Source of the DNA: a virus
IMG/VR virus record: IMGVR_UViG_3300034279_000305
Span: 22,962 to 86,961 of that record
Direction: 5' to 3' (one strand)
DNA: 64,000 nucleotides
Position numbers and translations under genes: made by a program. The notes beneath the pieces were generated by a model. That model saw only the letters and a program-made list of their open reading frames with translations. It was not told where the DNA came from and did no database searches. Below are positions 1-9,793 of the stretch, in pieces (within the stretch, counting starts at the first letter, position 1; each line of letters starts with the position of its first letter).

Positions 1-322
1 CCTTCACCTTTATCTCTGCTATGTATCCAGGAGTAACTCCTGCGACCTCGTTGAGAGTCGGAGTGTCGCTCATTACGAACCTCTCGGCAGCCTGAGCAGT
101 CACAAAATCCTTTAGGTAGACGTCCCAGTCATGGACTTCTTCATATAGGAATAGAGACGCGAAACATCCACCAGTCAAGATAGATTCTTTGAAATATGGA
201 TAGGTATCGGTTGGTAGGTCGGATAGTAGTTCGCGCAGTTTCTTCTGCGCGATATCCTTCACGGACTCGATTTCTTTACGTTCAGCGTCAGAGAATGTAG
301 CGATCAAAATAATTTCCTTCAT
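1..322 (-). CDS. Pol-beta superfamily nucleotidyltransferase-like protein (3' end runs off window)
   Basis: Own translation from ATG at 322: MKEIILIATF...SILTGGCFASLFLYEEVHDWDVYLKD; GG..S plus DxD motif; early promoter directly upstream. Confidence 0.6.
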   Translation of the reverse strand, partial: MKEIILIATFSDAERKEIESVKDIAQKKLRELLSDLPTDTYPYFKESILTGGCFASLFLYEEVHDWDVYLKDFVTAQAAERFVMSDTPTLNEVAGVTPGYIAEIKVK

Positions 323-332
323 AATATAAACA

Positions 333-362
333 CATTCTACCGTAAATTGGTGGAAAAGTCAA
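333..362 (-). promoter_or_regulatory. sigma70-like early promoter
   Basis: TTGACT-N17-TAGAAT on minus strand; motif recurs through the window. Confidence 0.75.
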
Positions 363-1798
363 GCGATATTTGGAATAAATCCGAACGTAGATGTTTCTTT
401 TTTGATTGTCGCTGGGATGAGTGCATCTACCAGACTGTTCATATTGAACACCTGCGGAGCGATGAGTGTGATGACATCACACGCAGTAAATGGATTCTGC
501 CCAGACAGAATCTTGACGATCTTGTCGATGCAGTTAAATACAGTGCCGACGATTGGGATTGCCTTGACAAATCCAGGAGCAGCATCGATGAGAGCATGTA
601 TCTGTGCAATCAAACTACCGCGGAAAATGCGTCGCGCCTTGTCGATGTAGTAATCGAAGGCATCCTCCAGTTGGTGGAACAGATATTCCTTACCGAAGTG
701 CACCTTGTTCTTCTTGAGTTCAGTCGATATATCGCTTATGCCAATCATACTACCGACGCTACCGAGAAATGGTATACTGATGCCAAGCACTGTATTGATG
801 CCATCATCCAATAGACTCTGCGCTGATAATATCTTGTCGTTGATCTGTTGCTGCGCTTCTTCCTTCGCAATCTCGGATAGATTACCGTCAGCAATGGACT
901 CTGCTAATGTCTTTGCGCTGGTAATCTGACTGGCGACAGATGTCTTAATAGAATCAAGAGATGCCTTGATGGCAGTCTCGATAGCAATTGTTGGATCGAC
1001 ACCACTTAGCACTGCCTTGATTGCAGTACCAATAACTGGGATATTCTCTAGCAGACCGACGATTGCATTGATAGCACTACCAATCCAGTCGTTGAGAGTC
1101 TTATTCAACCAGTCTTGTGCCTTCTGCCATACCTCTTCCGCAGTCATCTCTGGAACATTAACGCCAAGTTTACCATCAAATCGATACGACAATCCAAGGA
1201 TAGATGCTGCTGATGTAATGTTGCTGGCAATTGCTGCCTTGATGGTAGCATTACCAGATGGCGTGAACATGTCACCAACTACAGCGCCTGGAGCAAATGG
1301 TAGTGGTATATCGAGGGGTGTTGGTATACCGAGAACACCGATGATCTCAGTCAGAATCTCGACAACCTTCTTCTTGAAGAATTGCTCGATGTTCTTGTGG
1401 ATCTCTCGTGCCCGATACTTTGCCTCCATCTCTTTCGAGTGCAGGACAGAAAATGGTCGGGGAGATAGGAATGATTGGATTTGGTCGATTAACTCCTCGA
1501 CCTGCATCATTTTGTCCAGCACATCCAGCACTTGCTCTGGTGCCAAACGCTCGAGTGCAGTTGTCAGGTTTGCAGCATCAACAGAACTGATGTATCCCTT
1601 CGTTCTGATTATAGTACGCTTCTGGTTAGAGATGTCATCCTCCGCAGCGTTCATTGCTGTTGCCAACTGGGATTTTATCTGTCCTGGAAGTTGCGAGACG
1701 CCTCGGAAATACTCGTTTAGATTTCCGAGCGACAAATCTCCTCCTGCACCTGCACAGTCGAGATTAGATACGATGGGGAGTTGGATCGTTACTGTCAT
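359..1798 (-). CDS. hypothetical protein, possibly virion-associated
   Basis: 479-aa ORF, Ile/Gly/Ala-rich amphipathic helices, no recognised motif. Confidence 0.6.
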   Translation of the reverse strand: MTVTIQLPIVSNLDCAGAGGDLSLGNLNEYFRGVSQLPGQIKSQLATAMNAAEDDISNQKRTIIRTKGYISSVDAANLTTALERLAPEQVLDVLDKMMQVEELIDQIQSFLSPRPFSVLHSKEMEAKYRAREIHKNIEQFFKKKVVEILTEIIGVLGIPTPLDIPLPFAPGAVVGDMFTPSGNATIKAAIASNITSAASILGLSYRFDGKLGVNVPEMTAEEVWQKAQDWLNKTLNDWIGSAINAIVGLLENIPVIGTAIKAVLSGVDPTIAIETAIKASLDSIKTSVASQITSAKTLAESIADGNLSEIAKEEAQQQINDKILSAQSLLDDGINTVLGISIPFLGSVGSMIGISDISTELKKNKVHFGKEYLFHQLEDAFDYYIDKARRIFRGSLIAQIHALIDAAPGFVKAIPIVGTVFNCIDKIVKILSGQNPFTACDVITLIAPQVFNMNSLVDALIPATIKKETSTFGFIPNIA

Positions 1799-1807
1799 AA
1801 GAGATAT

Positions 1808-2014
1808 TTATTCCTTATTCATAAGACTCTTATGTATTTCCGCCATACGAATTATGAGATTGGCAACAGCAAGTACGAAGCAGATAGGAAGCATCGCAAA
1901 GAAGTTGGTCTGTCCAATTGCAGTACCAACGATAATGAAGTGTGCAGCAGCAATTCCTAGCGCGAGTAGGACTGCGTCTGCCACAACCTTCATGGATAGA
2001 TTAACAAACATCAT
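1808..2014 (-). CDS. small membrane protein
   Basis: 68 aa, two hydrophobic segments, overlaps stop of upstream gene. Confidence 0.6.
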   Translation of the reverse strand: MMFVNLSMKVVADAVLLALGIAAAHFIIVGTAIGQTNFFAMLPICFVLAVANLIIRMAEIHKSLMNKE

Positions 2015-2550
2015 CGACCGACCAATATATCTAAACCACGCTCCTGCCAGTTATCGCAGATATCGTTCGAGTGTTCCCAGAGCATATCGTAATACTCGTC
2101 GCTGTCCTCTTCCAGTTCCTCGAGAGCAGGAACCTCGCGTCGAATCATTGCTTCGATTTGGTCAGAGTCTAAGGATGAACCAGTGTCTCCGAGAGCAGTG
2201 AAAATGTGGTATCCAATGAAGTTCGGACACTCATCCTCGTATTCGATCTCGAGTCTTGCATCAGGATCGATTGCGATAATCTGGTCTGCCATCCACTGAA
2301 CAAAATGTTGCGGCCAGTCCCATGCGCTAACTACACGCACGCAATTGTCCCATACCGTGTCAACATAGCAATACTTAGATCCGATGTTTTCCAGCATCCA
2401 GTCCCAAGTGATGTCTTCCTTGGCGACATCGAACAATGAGGTTACTGATGCGTGCGGATCAGTATCTATCTTGGCAAACCACTGATTGACAAGATCCATT
2501 GCCTGTTCGTTGCAAACGAAAGCAATTCTAGTAGTAACATTATTCGCCAT
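2011..2550 (-). CDS. DUF1281/YubB-like ferredoxin-fold protein
   Basis: W..ENIGSKY, SAWDWP and YEDE..FIG resemble the family motifs; own promoter and GGAG SD. Confidence 0.5.
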   Translation of the reverse strand: MANNVTTRIAFVCNEQAMDLVNQWFAKIDTDPHASVTSLFDVAKEDITWDWMLENIGSKYCYVDTVWDNCVRVVSAWDWPQHFVQWMADQIIAIDPDARLEIEYEDECPNFIGYHIFTALGDTGSSLDSDQIEAMIRREVPALEELEEDSDEYYDMLWEHSNDICDNWQERGLDILVGR

Positions 2551-2574
2551 AACAATCTCCTTATCGTATACACA

Positions 2575-2604
2575 CAGTATACTTCATTTCAGGAGAATTG
2601 TCAA
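2575..2604 (-). promoter_or_regulatory. sigma70-like early promoter
   Basis: TTGACA-N17-TATACT on minus strand. Confidence 0.7.
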
Positions 2605-3260
2605 GCCATTTTTGAGTAATTTTGTGAAGTTTTTTTGAAGCATGCCCATGCTGCTTCTTGGAACTCGTCTGTCATATGAGAGGAGAGTCCATACTTATCG
2701 ACTGCGATAGAGATATCTTTATACTTAATCTCGCACCAGCGCCATACATTGTCCTTGACATATGCATCGTAGTATTCGTTGTCAATCACGTAGTCGTGTG
2801 CCATGATAATATCGTCTGTCTTCAGAATACGAGAAAACAGATTAAACTCAGCAGGTTTATTACCGCCATCGCATAGCACGAGAGTCTGTCCATCACTCTG
2901 AATGTAGTCAAAGATGCGATCCAGATCCTCGAATGCATCCATTACTCGAACATCGACACCTCTGTTGCGCAGTCGATCTGCATGTTGAGTTTCTCTAATG
3001 TCATATGTGATGATTGGGGTATCACGGACCTCTGCACCGTTGGTAAAAATGATGTCTGTAAGTGCAAGTGTGAGTCCACCCTTTGCAGTACCAATCTCTA
3101 GGACGCGAGTGATGTTCTCTTGTGCAAATAGTTTATCAAATGCAGCGTAGAAGTTCTTGTTCTGTTGCGTGAAGATACCATTATAGATGCCACCACCCCA
3201 TTGGTGCTTCCAGTTGGGAAACTCTGATTCGAATGCTTCTTTGGGAATTTCAAACGCCAT
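2601..3260 (-). CDS. class I SAM-dependent methyltransferase (Methyltransf_24/CmcI-like)
   Basis: VLEIGTAKGG motif I, CDGG, AHDY. Confidence 0.7.
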   Translation of the reverse strand: MAFEIPKEAFESEFPNWKHQWGGGIYNGIFTQQNKNFYAAFDKLFAQENITRVLEIGTAKGGLTLALTDIIFTNGAEVRDTPIITYDIRETQHADRLRNRGVDVRVMDAFEDLDRIFDYIQSDGQTLVLCDGGNKPAEFNLFSRILKTDDIIMAHDYVIDNEYYDAYVKDNVWRWCEIKYKDISIAVDKYGLSSHMTDEFQEAAWACFKKTSQNYSKMA

Positions 3261-3826
3261 CAGAATCCTCCATATGACCAGTGGACGGTGGAGTAACGAA
3301 TACCCGACGTTAGTTCATCCACTTGGTGTCTAATATATGAGGGAAATACTAATAGATCCCCCTGATCAAAATCGAATGATGCTCGTTTCTCGTCCACTGT
3401 CAATGCAAATTTACCACCTTCGAAGGAACCACGATCAGAGAGCAGCACGATTGCGCTGATTTTTCTAACTGGTCGAGAAACGTGGTTGGCATAATTTGTC
3501 GGGTAGATAATGTCGTGGTGCATCTTAAATTTACCACCAGCATTGTAACGAATGAAGTTGTTCTCACTACAATGCTCGAAAATATTGATGTTCCACATCT
3601 CTTCGTTGAGTTGTGCAACTGCTTGTTTAACTTTAAGACAATATGGATTTGTAGGATTAATCATGCACTGCTCAGAGGTGCGTGCATCGTTGACTCCAGA
3701 ATTATATCCACCAGTGGTTTGACTTGGGGCGAGAGGTTTCTCGAGTTGCTCTTTAATAAACTCTTCTGCCTCTTGCTTCATATAACCACGCCAGATAAAG
3801 GCAGGACCAATTCTCTCAAATGCCAT
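3260..3826 (-). CDS. 2OG-Fe(II) oxygenase (PKHD-type hydroxylase-like)
   Basis: Y..GGKF.MHHD, RKISA, FEGG, FPS...HQV, RYS. Confidence 0.85.
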   Translation of the reverse strand: MAFERIGPAFIWRGYMKQEAEEFIKEQLEKPLAPSQTTGGYNSGVNDARTSEQCMINPTNPYCLKVKQAVAQLNEEMWNINIFEHCSENNFIRYNAGGKFKMHHDIIYPTNYANHVSRPVRKISAIVLLSDRGSFEGGKFALTVDEKRASFDFDQGDLLVFPSYIRHQVDELTSGIRYSTVHWSYGGF

Positions 3827-4149
3827 CAGTAATATATTCCCTTGAATGCTTCTACTGGAATCTCTCCTTTAGGAATGCGATCATTCACATCGTGTTCCAG
3901 GGTGTCCAGTGCGTATTGTGTAATAGATGCTGCCCATTTTTGTTTATCTCCCAAGGCAGAGGTCAAAATATTTTTGGAGATAACTTGGAGGAATGAACCG
4001 ATAGCAATTAGATCCTGTGGATCATCGCAATACTGGATAGATTCACAGATAAAATCGTCAATTTCCTCTATCATAACATGTATTTTCTCTCTCTTCTCAG
4101 AGACAGTTAAACGTCGATGCTGACGAGATGGTATGTTTTCTTCGTTCAT
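3826..4149 (-). CDS. hypothetical protein
   Basis: 107-aa ORF in tightly packed operon. Confidence 0.6.
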   Translation of the reverse strand: MNEENIPSRQHRRLTVSEKREKIHVMIEEIDDFICESIQYCDDPQDLIAIGSFLQVISKNILTSALGDKQKWAASITQYALDTLEHDVNDRIPKGEIPVEAFKGIYY

Positions 4150-4160
4150 GCATCTATTTA

Positions 4161-4340
4161 TTACCCGTCAATACGACCCAATCTGTGAATCAGGTTAGAG
4201 ATAATTGCCACATCTGGATGCGGGTCTCGTTCGCTGACACCTTCTGTTCGCATGCACTCGATAAGATACGAGTGCAATGCACGCTTAATTACTGGATAAT
4301 CTGTTGGTGCGAATGTTCCACCTTTTGCTTCTTTAACCAT
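4161..4340 (-). CDS. hypothetical protein
   Basis: ORF coupled to upstream stop (TAATG). Confidence 0.55.
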   Translation of the reverse strand: MVKEAKGGTFAPTDYPVIKRALHSYLIECMRTEGVSERDPHPDVAIISNLIHRLGRIDG

Positions 4341-4891
4341 TAGTCCCATAGTCCTCTAAAGTAGACACCAAACAGACGGGTGCCATTGTCAATACGCTTG
4401 TTATGTGCCTTCCATCCCTCAACATTGAGGACACCATTTTTGAAGTAAATATCATCGTTACCATCTTCCACCATCTGTTCGAATGTCCATATCATTTCAT
4501 CCATGACCCAGTCCCAACGCTTGTGCCAGTTGCTGTCAGTTTCAAACTCATGTCCTGGATCTTCGGAGGCAGCAAAGCGAAGTTCTTCTGGAACATCTTC
4601 ATCTGCCACGGCAGGTGAACCATGCTTGGTTGCCTTGAGTTGCTTTAACATAGGAAGAATAATCATAGCAAGAGTATCGTCCATACTCCATGTGTCATAT
4701 GGGTCGATACGAATCTCGACTTTCCTCTTATTGAAAAAATATGCGGATATTTCGGTAATTGGTGTATGCTTATCCAACCATTCTCCGAATGCAAAAACTG
4801 CATCATCGTCCTTGTCTTTCCAGAACAGAATCTTTTCTGCAATCTGGTATGGACCGAACCAACGTGGATATGGACCAATGTTAATCTTCAC
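4340..4891 (-). CDS. hypothetical phage protein
   Basis: 183 aa, Trp-rich (DTWSMD.TLA..I.P.L). Confidence 0.7.
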   Translation of the reverse strand: MKINIGPYPRWFGPYQIAEKILFWKDKDDDAVFAFGEWLDKHTPITEISAYFFNKRKVEIRIDPYDTWSMDDTLAMIILPMLKQLKATKHGSPAVADEDVPEELRFAASEDPGHEFETDSNWHKRWDWVMDEMIWTFEQMVEDGNDDIYFKNGVLNVEGWKAHNKRIDNGTRLFGVYFRGLWD

Positions 4892-5078
4892 GAGAATTCT
4901 TCGAAAGTTCAGTTAGATACGGATCTTGTCCCCAGTCAAGTGGAATATCCATACCATCGAGTGATTGTGCGATCTTGGTGATGCCATAAACTGCTAGTGC
5001 GGCAACACCAAACACTGCAACATAGGGAATCGCTTCAATTGCCTTGTCCTTTAAATCATCCTTGGTCATTGCCATCAA
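4881..5078 (-). CDS. small membrane protein
   Basis: One hydrophobic helix, overlapping neighbours. Confidence 0.5.
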   Translation of the reverse strand: MMAMTKDDLKDKAIEAIPYVAVFGVAALAVYGITKIAQSLDGMDIPLDWGQDPYLTELSKNSRED

Positions 5079-5343
5079 TTCCTGGAAATATAGTGCTAAT
5101 GCGGGACAAACCGTAATCTTCTAGTTGCTTGTCAGTGCAATACCATGACAGTATAACATCAACTGCATCGATATGCTTCTGAAGTTCGACGTTTTCTGCC
5201 TCCTGATCATCCCAGTTAAACACACCACTACCACCAATCATAAGATCATTAACCCATGACTGGCGACAACGAATCAGTTCGTCTGCGACAATGCGGTCGA
5301 CCTGCTCTATATCAAGTTCTACAGTATACTTACTCATCTTCAT
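5056..5343 (-). CDS. hypothetical protein
   Basis: 95-aa ORF in operon. Confidence 0.6.
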   Translation of the reverse strand: MKMSKYTVELDIEQVDRIVADELIRCRQSWVNDLMIGGSGVFNWDDQEAENVELQKHIDAVDVILSWYCTDKQLEDYGLSRISTIFPGIDGNDQG

Positions 5344-5725
5344 TTACCTTCTTATAACGATTGAGAGACCCATCTGCTTCGACTACCATAATCTCGCCAA
5401 GATTTTGTGCCATTATACGTTGCTCGCCTTCTGCTACGATGTGTTCACGTTCGCGCAGAGTGCGCATGACTGCATTGGCAATACCGAACTTGTTGCGCCC
5501 AGTGTCCATAGCATTCTGCGCTGCCTCTGCGCATTCTTTGTAGACGTCGTCGGGTAAAGACCACGAGATATCCATCGCATTACCAAAATCACCTACGCGA
5601 CGCAGATACTCCTGCCCACCATCTACTGAAACAGCACCACACGTGCATGTAACAAAATCGTGGCGATGCTTGGAGACGATCTTATCCCCGCAACTCAAAC
5701 ATAATACTGCATTCTGAACAATCAT
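5330..5725 (-). CDS. zinc-ribbon protein
   Basis: CLSC...HRHDFVTCTCG..VDGG.EYLRR. Confidence 0.7.
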   Translation of the reverse strand: MIVQNAVLCLSCGDKIVSKHRHDFVTCTCGAVSVDGGQEYLRRVGDFGNAMDISWSLPDDVYKECAEAAQNAMDTGRNKFGIANAVMRTLREREHIVAEGEQRIMAQNLGEIMVVEADGSLNRYKKVNEDE

Positions 5726-5949
5726 GATGAAACTTTCTTATGGACCATAGTAATGTGCTTACACTTATTATGGAAATTGAACCCCGTGCAATCACAAACC
5801 CATCCACTCGGAGTCATAGTGGTATGGTAAGTCTTACCCTTGCAGTTGGTATAAGGCCAAGCGAATCCAACTAGATGGTGTTCATTACTGAAGTTGATAC
5901 CAGCAAGAGCAACGGGACGTCGATATGGACTAACACCTGCAACATTCAT
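5722..5949 (-). CDS. SWIM zinc-finger protein
   Basis: CDC-x8-CKH (CxCxnCxH). Confidence 0.65.
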   Translation of the reverse strand: MNVAGVSPYRRPVALAGINFSNEHHLVGFAWPYTNCKGKTYHTTMTPSGWVCDCTGFNFHNKCKHITMVHKKVSS

Positions 5950-6077
5950 GGGAACATTTCCTTATCATTTAGCATTTCGTCACGCTCTTCAGCAGTAACC
6001 TTATTAGACACTATACCATATATGGTGACAGAAATCAATAGAATTACCAAAATAAAAAGAATATTATCACTGTCCAT
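5946..6077 (-). CDS. small membrane protein (43 aa, not in ORF track)
   Basis: Own translation MDSDNILFILVILLISVTIYGIVSNKV...; fills the gap and overlaps both neighbours. Confidence 0.5.
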   Translation of the reverse strand: MDSDNILFILVILLISVTIYGIVSNKVTAEERDEMLNDKEMFP

Positions 6078-6342
6078 AATTAATCACATTCACGAAATCA
6101 AGTTTCTGGTCTTCATCCCAGTCTTTAAGATAGACATTATCCTCGTCAAACATACGAAGATATTCTGCGCTAGTAATCTCACGAGTGGATGAAATCATCT
6201 CGTCGAGATGGAGTTGTGAGAACTCTTTGAAGTCATCGCCTACGCACATCGTTACCTCATCCTTAGCATCGGATGCACTGTTTGCCTCAACGACATATCG
6301 CATACGGAATACGCTAACTGTTTCTACAAGATATTTTGGCAT
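6067..6342 (-). CDS. hypothetical protein
   Basis: 91-aa ORF, coupled start/stop. Confidence 0.6.
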   Translation of the reverse strand: MPKYLVETVSVFRMRYVVEANSASDAKDEVTMCVGDDFKEFSQLHLDEMISSTREITSAEYLRMFDEDNVYLKDWDEDQKLDFVNVINYGQ

Positions 6343-6830
6343 TAGTCCAACTTTCCATCATATGTGCGCAACCATGGTTGCCCAGCGTTTACATTAATCT
6401 CTCGTTCTGTCTCGAAAAGCATCACACCTGCCTCTTGGAACATCTCACGAGTGACATCCCAATTGAATCCTTCGCCTTCGCGATTTGGTTTGTAACTGAC
6501 TACCTTCGAAATACCATTTTGGATAATCGACTTAGCACACTCGTTACAAGGAAGGAGAGGCACATACATCGTGCAACCTTCTACGCTATGTGGTGCATTG
6601 TCAAGAGCATTGCGTTCAGCGTGACAAACAAACAGATGTTTAGTTGGGCGATCTTCATAACGCTTGACATCATCTTTAACTCCTCGAGGGAAACCATTGT
6701 ATCCCATAGAGACGACACGCTTCTTATCATCTACGATGACTGCGCCTACTTTCGTGCGAGGGTCGTGTGACCACTCAGCGACGTGCTCGGCGAGGTCAAG
6801 AAATCGTTGTGACCATTTACTCACTATCAT
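6342..6830 (-). CDS. cd: dCMP deaminase
   Basis: KVGAVIV, GYNG, HAERNA, PCNEC zinc motifs; start placed at MIVSKW. Confidence 0.92.
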   Translation of the reverse strand: MIVSKWSQRFLDLAEHVAEWSHDPRTKVGAVIVDDKKRVVSMGYNGFPRGVKDDVKRYEDRPTKHLFVCHAERNALDNAPHSVEGCTMYVPLLPCNECAKSIIQNGISKVVSYKPNREGEGFNWDVTREMFQEAGVMLFETEREINVNAGQPWLRTYDGKLD

Positions 6831-7053
6831 CTTCCCCGACGAAATCGTAGGGAACATCTTCGTCCTGCTTACGACCCATATAGTGGTCATCGCTTACGCA
6901 ATAGAACTGTGCCTGTAGTTGACTATTGATAATGGTGCGAGTGACATCACCAGCAAAAGCAACGCATTGCTCTTTGTTTGCAGACTCGTAGACATCCTTT
7001 GCTACGAACTCACCCTCAGTGGTAAAAAGGAATACAATCAACCAATAACTCAT
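6817..7053 (-). CDS. hypothetical protein
   Basis: 78-aa ORF in operon. Confidence 0.55.
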   Translation of the reverse strand: MSYWLIVFLFTTEGEFVAKDVYESANKEQCVAFAGDVTRTIINSQLQAQFYCVSDDHYMGRKQDEDVPYDFVGEDDSE

Positions 7054-7283
7054 ACTATAACTCCCACAAGCAAAATACCAACGACGAAAGCATTTACTGC
7101 AATCAACGCTTTATCCTTCATAGCGAACCCAGCATAACCCCAGAGACCAGCACCAGCGATAGAGACCAGAAGATCTACTGTGTGATAATCAAATGCGCGA
7201 CAGGTCGCAGCGACGACGACACATGCAGTTCCTGCCCATTTCACGGTTTCAAGGAACACGTTCTTTTTTACAACTTCACTCAT
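7050..7283 (-). CDS. small membrane protein
   Basis: Three hydrophobic segments. Confidence 0.6.
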   Translation of the reverse strand: MSEVVKKNVFLETVKWAGTACVVVAATCRAFDYHTVDLLVSIAGAGLWGYAGFAMKDKALIAVNAFVVGILLVGVIV

Positions 7284-7486
7284 GCGAATTCATCATCCTT
7301 CAAAACCATCACGCCACCAACAAGCATCATCAGAAAACCAACAATCATCTGGACGCCGAAAGCAACTGCGCTTGGGGGATCCCCCGCAACACAGTCAGCA
7401 GCAGCGCGACATTCGACGTAGAAATCTTCAGCGCCGATCGTACCAGCAACGAGGAGAAAACCAGCGAGGAGCAAAATATATTTCAT
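7280..7486 (-). CDS. small membrane protein
   Basis: Two hydrophobic segments; promoter and AAGGAA SD upstream. Confidence 0.6.
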   Translation of the reverse strand: MKYILLLAGFLLVAGTIGAEDFYVECRAAADCVAGDPPSAVAFGVQMIVGFLMMLVGGVMVLKDDEFA

Positions 7487-7512
7487 AACAAATTCCTTTT
7501 CAAACTATAACT

Positions 7513-7542
7513 CATTCTACCCTAAAACGGAGATAAAGTCAA
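7513..7542 (-). promoter_or_regulatory. sigma70-like early promoter
   Basis: TTGACT-N17-TAGAAT. Confidence 0.8.
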
Positions 7543-7865
7543 GCTTTAATTTCATCAAAACCAAACGTAGCACAACGGAACAGTTTTCCGTCTACCTCGA
7601 GGATGTCGCCTACTGACATCGAGGAGCAGGGACCGAGTTTCTCAACCGTAGCACCTTCCCAAAGATTCATGGCAGCGAATGCTTCTTCCATGTCAGCGGT
7701 ATCAACGTTAGCAACGTGGGTATAATACTGGAAGTTCTCTGCCTTGAAGGGGACGGCAAACGAACGGGTGAAGTATGCCTGGATGCGGTCGCTAGTTTCG
7801 CCGTTGTTAACAGCAGTGATTTCAGCATCAGTCAGTTGAATTTGGTAAACCTTAATCATTTTCAA
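7539..7865 (-). CDS. YodL-like protein
   Basis: KVYQI N-terminus and SMSVGDIL...F.C.TFGF motif. Confidence 0.55.
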   Translation of the reverse strand: MKMIKVYQIQLTDAEITAVNNGETSDRIQAYFTRSFAVPFKAENFQYYTHVANVDTADMEEAFAAMNLWEGATVEKLGPCSSMSVGDILEVDGKLFRCATFGFDEIKA

Positions 7866-7884
7866 TTCCTTTTCTTATTGTTAC

Positions 7885-7914
7885 CATTCTACCCCAAAAC
7901 GTGGTAAAAGTCAA
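7885..7914 (-). promoter_or_regulatory. sigma70-like early promoter
   Basis: TTGACT-N17-TAGAAT. Confidence 0.8.
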
Positions 7915-7947
7915 GCCCCTAAATGAAAATAATTGCTTTTTTTTGAT

Positions 7948-8469
7948 TTAAATTTTAAATTGGGCGAGGCAATCATCGTAAGATTCTCGCATTCCTCCTA
8001 CTTGGAAGAATATCCTTTGTGCTTTGTTATCTGGCAACCCATGCACGATGGAGGTGTTGATCAGTGTCGCTTCGCTGGAATAATCATAGTTGCAGACCTC
8101 GACGTCATTCTCATACCAGACGATAGGAGCATGAAACGTTACAAGAGGTATGGATATTACTGCAGTTCTAGTGTCAGTGTGTTGCGGGAGTTTGCCCTCT
8201 ACAAAGGATACCTGACTCCACTGGTATACGTGATTCGGATCACTATACGGAGATTCTGGGACAAATAGGTCACTAATCTTCTTGAAGAGTTGGTGTTCTC
8301 TGTAGTCTTCAGTTGCATCTCGGAGAAAATATTGAGAGTATTGTTCAATCGTATGACCCTGGACTACGTAATGATATGCCTGCGACTGATAGTTGTGTGA
8401 CAGAAAATTCATAAATCTCCAATCAGTGCTGTCTAGTGCCAACCCGAGTGGTTTATAATAAGGGTACAT
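7948..8469 (-). CDS. cupin/2OG-Fe(II) oxygenase-like protein
   Basis: PQHTD (HxD)...INTSIVHG...R.FFQ. Confidence 0.55.
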   Translation of the reverse strand: MYPYYKPLGLALDSTDWRFMNFLSHNYQSQAYHYVVQGHTIEQYSQYFLRDATEDYREHQLFKKISDLFVPESPYSDPNHVYQWSQVSFVEGKLPQHTDTRTAVISIPLVTFHAPIVWYENDVEVCNYDYSSEATLINTSIVHGLPDNKAQRIFFQVGGMRESYDDCLAQFKI

Positions 8470-8470
8470 G

Positions 8471-9112
8471 CTAATATACTCTCATCTTTTTGATAAATTC
8501 TTTCATAGTCTCATAGTCAGAAGAAGCCTTAACATTCAACACCAACATGGTGCAGTCATCGACATATGAGAACAAAGAATGTGCTTTGGTGGTATTCATA
8601 AAATACGTGGTCCCTTCTCTCAGTTGCACAACCTTACCATCAAAAATCCAAGACATGCTTGACGAGTGAAAATTGTAGAATGGTACGACGATTCTAAACA
8701 TGTCATTAGGCAGACCGAAATTGTGGTCTCTGTGTGGCGGGAAAAAACCACCCTTGTCTAACCGCAGGAAATGTGACCGACCCAAGTCTTCTCCGAAAAA
8801 ATTTAACAGTTCATTTACTTCAGGTATCTCGCATGACAAAGGTGTGCGAGTTTTAAAATCAGAATCACGATGTATTATACCAGTTTCGTTATAATATTCT
8901 CCCAAACTTTCAAGATCCGGAACACCTGAGTATCCGCCATCTAAACTGGTCATCGATAATCCGTAACGATTGTACCCCTGTTTATATGTGTTGTATTGCT
9001 TCCATTCTGGATGCCCGAGAATAAGATCTCTATACTTGTTTACGGGAATATTTGGAAATCCCAGTTCTATTATATCTCCATATGAGATTACGAATTCAGT
9101 TAGTGGGTTCAT
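8471..9112 (-). CDS. aspartyl/asparaginyl beta-hydroxylase-like 2OG-Fe(II) oxygenase
   Basis: RSHFLRLDKGGFFPPHRD...FMNTTKAHS. Confidence 0.7.
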   Translation of the reverse strand: MNPLTEFVISYGDIIELGFPNIPVNKYRDLILGHPEWKQYNTYKQGYNRYGLSMTSLDGGYSGVPDLESLGEYYNETGIIHRDSDFKTRTPLSCEIPEVNELLNFFGEDLGRSHFLRLDKGGFFPPHRDHNFGLPNDMFRIVVPFYNFHSSSMSWIFDGKVVQLREGTTYFMNTTKAHSLFSYVDDCTMLVLNVKASSDYETMKEFIKKMRVY

Positions 9113-9793
9113 TTAATTAGTTCCTGGATCTATTTTGCCGAGTTGATCAAACGCCCACTGTCTTTCCCTACAATGGTAGCACCTGCCGCATCTGCCATAT
9201 GTTTGCTGCGTGCAAGTATGAGATATCTCAAGCAATCTTTCGGTACCATGCATAAAATGTAAATCAATTGTATGCGATTTCATCAATTCATTGAACGGCA
9301 TGCCCAGATATTCCGGAAATGGATTTGTATCTACTCTATACGGTTTTTCTTCTGGAGTAAGGATCAACTCGGACGTTTCTCTATTGTCCGCTAGATAAAC
9401 AAACAGTTTCCCACCCGCTGCATATTCGTCGAATACTGCACGAACGCTTTGTTGAATTTGTTGTGAGTGGTGTAGTTCTTGGACGTTTTCTGCACCAAAA
9501 ATAGTAGGCGCAGGTAAGTTTATATCCAGCATCTCATTTATGGCAGCGACTATTCCAGGCGAGTGCACCTCTGCACCATCTGTCTTGGGCACCGTAAAGA
9601 TATACTTTATTTCATCGACACTACGACCCTTCTTGATCAATTCTGAACAAATCATATACAATAAAATAGAACTGTCTGCCCCGCTACTCAACATAATCGC
9701 AAGGTGTCGGTTTTCGGGTAAAGGTAAAACGAAAGAACGTCTATCCTCCGTCGGTCCACAAGTAAATACTGAGAAAAAAGAAGTATCAATCAT
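9113..9793 (-). CDS. QueC-like PP-loop ATPase
   Basis: SSGADS PP-loop; C-terminal HTC-x7-CGRCYHC zinc site. Confidence 0.75.
   Translation of the reverse strand: MIDTSFFSVFTCGPTEDRRSFVLPLPENRHLAIMLSSGADSSILLYMICSELIKKGRSVDEIKYIFTVPKTDGAEVHSPGIVAAINEMLDINLPAPTIFGAENVQELHHSQQIQQSVRAVFDEYAAGGKLFVYLADNRETSELILTPEEKPYRVDTNPFPEYLGMPFNELMKSHTIDLHFMHGTERLLEISHTCTQQTYGRCGRCYHCRERQWAFDQLGKIDPGTN

Noticed and set aside
347-2201. Long plus-strand ORFs (347-814, 966-2201) and similar ones such as 59426-60067 and 61665-62282
   Set aside because: Antisense shadows of minus-strand genes; no motifs, and the whole window is transcribed leftwards
9113-9793. Calling a 7-deazaguanine DNA modification system from the QueC-like gene
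   Set aside because: queD, queE, folE and dpdA are not in the window and the context is different; they could lie elsewhere in the genome
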